Shown piece by piece: positions 41,692 through 46,551 of a stretch of DNA of 46,551 nt. Below the pieces are notes generated by a model. It saw only the letters and a program-made list of their open reading frames with translations, had not been told where the DNA came from and made no database searches. Made by a program: the position numbers and the translations under genes. The first letter of the stretch is position 1; each line of letters opens with the position of its first letter. The stretch comes from Candidatus Fermentibacteraceae bacterium (GTDB taxonomy: Bacteria > Fermentibacterota > Fermentibacteria > Fermentibacterales > JCC-6): positions 1-46,551 of the forward strand of contig JAWLEP010000022.1 in NCBI GenBank assembly GCA_041686025.1. The letters run 5' to 3'.

Positions 41692-42048
41692 CTACAGAAG
41701 CGCCTTCTCCAGTTCGGGTGCGCGCCTGCGTACCTGAAGGCGGACGTTTCCGAGGTTGGCGTCGTTGGCGGCCACTACCGCCAGAAGGGCCTCTGCTCCC
41801 AGGGCCGTCATCATGACTATGCCGCCCTTGTACTCCATCATCGCCTGGTCGAGGTCCTCCAGGCCGAGCTCCCGGCCCACGCTCTCCGCGGAGCCCATTC
41901 CCGTGGAGACCATGGCGCCGATGGCCTCGGTGTCCGATGACCCGGTGGAAGCGGCGTCTATGACGAAGCCGTCCCTTCCCACGCAGACGGCCACCTCTAT
42001 GCCGCTTACCTCCACAAGCCGGTTCAGTACCTCGTTAAGACCGTTCAT
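41692..42048 (-). CDS. Roadblock/LC7 domain protein
   Basis: L..L..V.GI..AV.VGRDGFVI...E.IGAM...ANLGNVRL; AGGAG RBS. Confidence 0.9.
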   Translation of the reverse strand: MNGLNEVLNRLVEVSGIEVAVCVGRDGFVIDAASTGSSDTEAIGAMVSTGMGSAESVGRELGLEDLDQAMMEYKGGIVMMTALGAEALLAVVAANDANLGNVRLQVRRRAPELEKALL

Positions 42049-42092
42049 TCTCGCTCCTCTCAGGAAATCCCATGAAGACAGAAATGCCCCAG

Positions 42093-42121
42093 AACTTAAT
42101 CACTGTACCTTTTCTTCGCAA
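42093..42121 (-). promoter_or_regulatory. Candidate sigma70-type promoter of the roadblock-hydrogenase operon
   Basis: Minus strand TTGCGA (42121-42116), 17-nt spacer, TAAGTT (42098-42093) in an AT-rich patch about 45 nt upstream of the first gene. Confidence 0.4.
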
Positions 42122-42439
42122 GAACCATTCCTGTATATACTTGAACCTGTGCCGGCCGCTGTCCAGTGGCTGCGGGTCGGACCGGCGGCCTCCCGGCCCG
42201 CCCGCCGGCAGTCGAGCAGAGCGATGATGACGCTTGCCTGAGCCCCAGAACCGCTCGCCGACGAAGCGCTTGCACCCCAGCGGGGCTCCATCCGGCCCCA
42301 TCGTCTTCCGGGCGGACATTCCGGGGGAGTGCGCCGGATAGCCGGTGGTCTGCGGGCTGGGGGCGACACTTGTTAATCCCCGCGGCCGATAGAAGAGTAT
42401 GGTCTCCGTACGTTCGCACCGTTTCGAAGGGAGAAGCAC

Positions 42440-43360
42440 CTGCTCTACCTGGCCCTGGCGGTACTCAGCAGCACGTCCATCGCCCTGATCTTCAAGTTCA
42501 GCGAGTCCCGGGGGATGAACCGGTACGTGGTGACCACGGCCAACTACATGGTGGCCTCCACGGTCTCCCTGGCATTTCTGCTGGGCCGCGGGGTCCTGGG
42601 CCGGCTGGGTCCGGGGGTGGTGGACTCCTTCCTGAAGGAGGCGCCGGAGGCGCTGGCCGGAGGGAGCTTCGGCCCACTGGCCAGCCTGGGCTGGGCCGCC
42701 GCCGTTGGTATTCCGGCGGGCGTGCTCTACTTCCTGGGCTTCATCTACCTGCAGAAGGGGGTCCGCGACAGCGGGGTGAGCCTGGCCGGCAGCTTCAGCA
42801 AGCTGGGGGTACTGGTCCCCATGATGCTGTCCATCCTCTTCTGGCACGAGGTCCCCACGCCGGTGCAGTGGGTGGGCATAGCCCTGGCCCTGGGGTCCAT
42901 ACTGCTGGCCAACCTGGACGTCGGCCACCCCCGCAGGGCCTTCTCCGCCTTCAGCCCCGTGCTGATCATGCTGTTTCTGATCGTGGGCCTGGCGGAGTTC
43001 AGCAACAAGGTCTACCAGAGGTACGGCAGCCTGGAGGCCAAGAGCCTCTTCCTGCTGTTCGTCTTCGGCATGGCCCTTCTGGTGAGCCTGGTCAAGAGCC
43101 TGCGGGCGGGCAGGATAAGGGCCGGCCACTTCGTAACCGGCCTGGCGGTGGGGGTCCCCAACTACTTCGCCTCCCACTTCCTGATACTGTCGCTGTCCGA
43201 GCTGCGCACCGCCGTGGTCTTTCCCATCTACAGCGCCCTGACCATCGTGCTGATCAGCCTGGCCGGCTGGCTGGGCTTCGGCGAGCGGCTGCGGGTCAGG
43301 GAGCGGTGGGCGGTGGCCCTGACAGTCGTGGCCCTGGTTCTGGTGAACCTGCAGCGATGA
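42440..43360 (+). CDS. DMT/EamA-superfamily transporter
   Basis: About 10 hydrophobic helices, LYLALAVLSSTSIALIFK N-terminus, GVPNYF, GFGERL; probable CTG start at 42440 (first ATG 42515). Confidence 0.8.
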   Translation: MLYLALAVLSSTSIALIFKFSESRGMNRYVVTTANYMVASTVSLAFLLGRGVLGRLGPGVVDSFLKEAPEALAGGSFGPLASLGWAAAVGIPAGVLYFLGFIYLQKGVRDSGVSLAGSFSKLGVLVPMMLSILFWHEVPTPVQWVGIALALGSILLANLDVGHPRRAFSAFSPVLIMLFLIVGLAEFSNKVYQRYGSLEAKSLFLLFVFGMALLVSLVKSLRAGRIRAGHFVTGLAVGVPNYFASHFLILSLSELRTAVVFPIYSALTIVLISLAGWLGFGERLRVRERWAVALTVVALVLVNLQR

Positions 43361-44733
43361 GCCCCCTGGACGCCCGCAGGAGGACCGAGCTGCTGGGCAC
43401 CATGCCGGTGGGCCGGCTGCTGGTGCGGCTCTCCGGGCCGGCCATTCTGGGCATGATGGTGAACTCCCTGTACAACCTGGTGGACACCATCTTCATCGGC
43501 CAGGGCCCGGGCACGCTGGCCCTGGCTGCGCTGGCGGTCTGCTTCCCCATACAGATGTTCATACTGGCCGTGGCCCAGACTGTGGGCATAGGCTCGGCCT
43601 CCATCATCTCCCGGGCCCTGGGGGCCGGAGACAGGGCGCGGGCCGAGCGGGTGGCCGGGGGCAGCTTCGCCACCGCCGCCTTCCTGGCAGTGGTAATCGC
43701 CGCTCTGGGGCTGGTCTTCCTGGACCCCCTCCTGCGCGTGTTCGGGGCCACGGACGCGGTGATCCCCTACGCCCGCCGCTACCTCACCGTGATACTGCCG
43801 GGGGGCCTTCTCTTCGCCGTGGCCGTCTCCTCGCACAACCTGATCCGGTCGGAGGGCAACGCCCGTACCGCCATGATCAGCATGATGGTGGGGGCGGGGA
43901 CCAACATCGCCCTGGATCCGGTCTTCATATTCGGACTCGGCCTGGGCATCCAGGGAGCGGCCATAGCCACCATCATCGGCCAGGCCGCGTCCTTCGTCTA
44001 CGTCATAACCCACTTCGGCCGCGGAAAGAGCCACGTGAGGATCCGGGCCAGGTTCCTCAGGCCCCAGCCCCGGCTGGCCCTGGAGTCCATGAAGATCGGC
44101 TCGGCCTCCTTCGCCCGGGTGGTGGCCGGAAGCCTTATGTCCATCGCCCTGAACAACTCCGTAACCGCCTACGGGTCGGACATGCACCTGGGCCTGGTGG
44201 GCGTCATGCAGAGGCTGATGATCTTCATGCTCATGCCCATCTTCGGGCTGGTGCAGGGGCTGCAGCCCATAGTGGGCTACAACTACGGCGGCCGCGACTA
44301 CTGCCGGCTGCGGCGGGCACTGCTGCTGGGCATCGGGGCGGCCACGGCCTACATGATCCTCTGGTTCGGGGCGGTGCAGCTCTTCCCCGGCCAGCTGCTG
44401 TCCGTCTTCTCCTCCGACCCGCAGCTGATCTCCGAGGGTACGGGCATCATGCGCATACTGATGGCCGTGATCCCCGTGATCGGCTTCCAGATAGTGGCCG
44501 CCAGCGTTTTCCAGGCCCTGGGTAGGGCCGGCCCCGCCCTGTTGCTGGCCCTGGCCCGCAGGGTCTTCTTCCTGGTGCCCCTGATACTGCTGCTGCCGCT
44601 TCTGTGGGGTCTGACGGGCATCTGGGTGGCTTATCCCGTGGCGGATATCCTGGCCACGGTTCTTACCGGCGCCCTCTTCTTCCGTGAGATCCGGCTCATG
44701 CGAAAGCACTGCAGCCTGGAAGGCGGGGCATGA
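43357..44733 (+). CDS. MATE family efflux transporter
   Basis: PAILGMMVNSLYNLVDTIFIG, RSEGNA, NIALDPVFIF, GLQPIVGYNYG, FQALG; ATGA overlap with upstream gene. Confidence 0.93.
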   Translation: MSPLDARRRTELLGTMPVGRLLVRLSGPAILGMMVNSLYNLVDTIFIGQGPGTLALAALAVCFPIQMFILAVAQTVGIGSASIISRALGAGDRARAERVAGGSFATAAFLAVVIAALGLVFLDPLLRVFGATDAVIPYARRYLTVILPGGLLFAVAVSSHNLIRSEGNARTAMISMMVGAGTNIALDPVFIFGLGLGIQGAAIATIIGQAASFVYVITHFGRGKSHVRIRARFLRPQPRLALESMKIGSASFARVVAGSLMSIALNNSVTAYGSDMHLGLVGVMQRLMIFMLMPIFGLVQGLQPIVGYNYGGRDYCRLRRALLLGIGAATAYMILWFGAVQLFPGQLLSVFSSDPQLISEGTGIMRILMAVIPVIGFQIVAASVFQALGRAGPALLLALARRVFFLVPLILLLPLLWGLTGIWVAYPVADILATVLTGALFFREIRLMRKHCSLEGGA

Positions 44734-45764
44734 GGGCCGCCTGGTACGTCTCCTCCCACGGCTGGGGCCACGCCGCCCGCCAGCGCGAGCTGATGCGTGC
44801 CTGGCTGGACCGGTATACCGAGGCCGGAGTGACCATCACCACCGAGGTGCCCGAGTGGTTCTGGGACGGCATGGAGCGGGTACGGGTCCGCCGGGGCTCC
44901 GCGGGACCAATGCCGGTGGAGGGAAAGGGCTCCGCCGACCCGCAGGCTACCGCGAAGATCCTGAGGAGCTTCTGCGACCGCGCCGAAGAGGTGGTGGACC
45001 GGGAGCGCCGCTTCCTGGAGGAGGGCGACTTCGGCCTGGTGGTCTCGGATATAGACCCGGCGCCGTTCGCAGCCGCCGACCGCTTGGGGATAACGGCTTG
45101 CGGGGTTGCCAACTTCACCTGGGACTGGATCTACGCCCGCATGCTGCCGGACTTGGAGCGGGAGGTGGATCTGCTGCGGCGGCTGTACCGGACCGGCACC
45201 TACCTGCGGCTGCCCCTGGGCCCCCCGGAGCACCCCTTCGGCGAGTGCCGGGACGCCGGTCTGCTTCCCGGAGGCGTTCCCCGGGACCCGGACGCCGCCC
45301 GGGACCTGCTGGGTCAGGGCCCGACCTGCCTGGTCTCCCTGCGCGACCCCGCCAGGCTGGGCGGCCCCCTGCCTGCGGTCCCCGGCTGGGAGCTGGTCTC
45401 GGCGCTGCCGGAGAACCGCTTCGGCCTGCCCCGCAACCTCACCCCGGCCGACATGCGCCGGGCCGGCGTCTCCTTCGCCGACCTGGCCGCCGCCGCCGAC
45501 GCCGTCCTCTGCAAGCCCGGCTACGGCATGGTCTCGCAGATCCTCTGCGGCGGCCTCCGCGCCGTGGTCCTCCGCCGCACCGACTTCCCCGAGACCCCCT
45601 ACCTCACCGAGCCCCTCCACGGCCGCCCCGGCGTCCTGCTGGCCGCCGCCCCGGCCGTCCGCCGCTCCCTTGGCTCCCTGCTCGCAGATCTGCTTGCCTC
45701 GCCCCGGGCGGCCCCAGAGCCCTCTGCCCTAAATGGGGACGGAGGTATTTTAAACTTATTGTAA
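44730..45764 (+). CDS. GT-B glycosyltransferase-like protein (resembles the L-arabinokinase N-terminal domain)
   Basis: YVSSHGWGHAAR, VVSDI, NFTWDWIY, DAVLCKPGYG, R.DFPE. Confidence 0.7.
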   Translation: MRAAWYVSSHGWGHAARQRELMRAWLDRYTEAGVTITTEVPEWFWDGMERVRVRRGSAGPMPVEGKGSADPQATAKILRSFCDRAEEVVDRERRFLEEGDFGLVVSDIDPAPFAAADRLGITACGVANFTWDWIYARMLPDLEREVDLLRRLYRTGTYLRLPLGPPEHPFGECRDAGLLPGGVPRDPDAARDLLGQGPTCLVSLRDPARLGGPLPAVPGWELVSALPENRFGLPRNLTPADMRRAGVSFADLAAAADAVLCKPGYGMVSQILCGGLRAVVLRRTDFPETPYLTEPLHGRPGVLLAAAPAVRRSLGSLLADLLASPRAAPEPSALNGDGGILNLL

Positions 45765-45771
45765 ATGCGTC

Positions 45772-46443
45772 TTATCCCGTGTTTTTTGAAGGCCTTCCGC
45801 GCCTTCTCAAGAAGACCTCATTGCCGTAATGCTCTGCTAGTCTGTTCAGGAAGGACTCGCGACCGCATGGCTTGCTTGCGAATGTTGTCTTTCGGATTCT
45901 ATCGAGTTCTTCGGCGGCCGTAGGACGGGAGAGATGCTCCTCCCAGTCTCCGACTGATGAATCCAGTTCGGGAGACCATTCAACGATGGGGTCTTTTCCT
46001 CGAATGCCAAGATGAAATCCAGCACTTGACCAGGGATAGTCTTCAGGCCGATCTACTAGGCCTGCACGCACGGGGTTTCGTTCAACGTATCTTACTGCGT
46101 TGTAAAGATAGGCGCGGTCCATGGGGCTGGAGAAATACCTGCTCTGCCAAAGATGCCCGCTTCTGTCCAGGCGTCTGTTGATGTATAGCGAGTATTTTGT
46201 GAACGAGCATCGGAAGAGACCGGCAAGGGAATCGGGTGCATGGGGAACCACAACGAGATGAACGTGGTTATCCATCAGGCAGTAGGAAAGGAAGCTCACG
46301 CCGTAATCCTCGGCGCTATCAGCAAGAATACGAAGCAAAAGGGTTCTGTCTCTTGGCCCGAAGAACACACGATTCCCGTTGTTGCCTCGCTGGACAACAT
46401 GATGCGCCAGATCCGGTACAACGATTCTCGCTCTTCTGCTCAT
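45772..46443 (-). CDS. REP-associated tyrosine transposase (RAYT, Y1 HUH)
   Basis: MSRRAR...HHVVQRGNN, YCLMDNHVHL (HUH), GHLWQSRY, YVERNPVRAGLV...YPWSS, RRRGRP tail. Confidence 0.92.
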   Translation of the reverse strand: MSRRARIVVPDLAHHVVQRGNNGNRVFFGPRDRTLLLRILADSAEDYGVSFLSYCLMDNHVHLVVVPHAPDSLAGLFRCSFTKYSLYINRRLDRSGHLWQSRYFSSPMDRAYLYNAVRYVERNPVRAGLVDRPEDYPWSSAGFHLGIRGKDPIVEWSPELDSSVGDWEEHLSRPTAAEELDRIRKTTFASKPCGRESFLNRLAEHYGNEVFLRRRGRPSKNTG

Positions 46444-46453
46444 ACTATTCATT

Positions 46454-46481
46454 AGTGTAGCAGTTTCTGGTAGCATTTCAA
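46454..46481 (-). promoter_or_regulatory. Candidate promoter of the RAYT gene
   Basis: Minus strand TTGAAA (46481-46476), 16-nt spacer ending in TGC, TACACT (46459-46454), about 10 nt from the ATG (near-leaderless). Confidence 0.45.
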
Positions 46482-46551
46482 GGGGTTGACAAGGCTCAAA
46501 GCAGTATGTGTCTTTTATTCGTCAACTAAAACACCTCCGTCCCCTTTTTTC

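Larger units (their letters stand above)
45735..46544. mobile_element. RAYT-containing element bounded by 18-bp inverted repeats
   Basis: GGGGACGGAGGTATTTTA (45735-45752) and TAAAACACCTCCGTCCCC (46527-46544), 17/18 match; abrupt drop in GC content inside. Confidence 0.75.

Noticed and set aside
42166..43356. 855-aa ORF suggesting an extended or fused MATE
   Set aside because: The upstream part is an off-frame read of the DMT gene; the MATE starts at ATG 43357 overlapping the DMT stop

Overview
High-GC bacterial chromosome segment spanning the replication origin. An FCB-group lineage is inferred from a T9SS-CTD-like tail; Fermentibacterota/Hyd24-12-like is a guess. Left: mnmE-yidC-yidD-rnpA-rpmH (-), then dnaA-[DnaA-box-rich oriC]-dnaN-dciA-gyrB-gyrA (+), with no recF or jag. 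Next come a 1199-aa orphan, an asparaginase, a TM/coiled-coil protein plus bactofilin, a second intergenic DnaA-box cluster, a complete Na+-type V/A-ATPase operon, a 94-bp inverted-repeat element, a secreted C39-like peptidase and a nucleotidyltransferase/small-protein pair. The most striking feature is a tightly packed 16-gene minus-strand operon (42048->28859). It joins roadblock/MglB/MglA/DUF4388 signalling genes and a DnaA-like AAA+ ATPase lacking its DNA-binding domain to a V4R protein, an MvhAG-like [NiFe]-hydrogenase without MvhD/Hdr, a ferredoxin-V4R fusion, a maturation protease and hypFCDEAB. This is a candidate H2/redox-sensing GTPase switch. The window ends with DMT and MATE transporters, a glycosyltransferase-like gene and a lower-GC RAYT (HUH) transposase bounded by 18-bp inverted repeats. 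All calls come from motif recognition by eye; no database searches were run.
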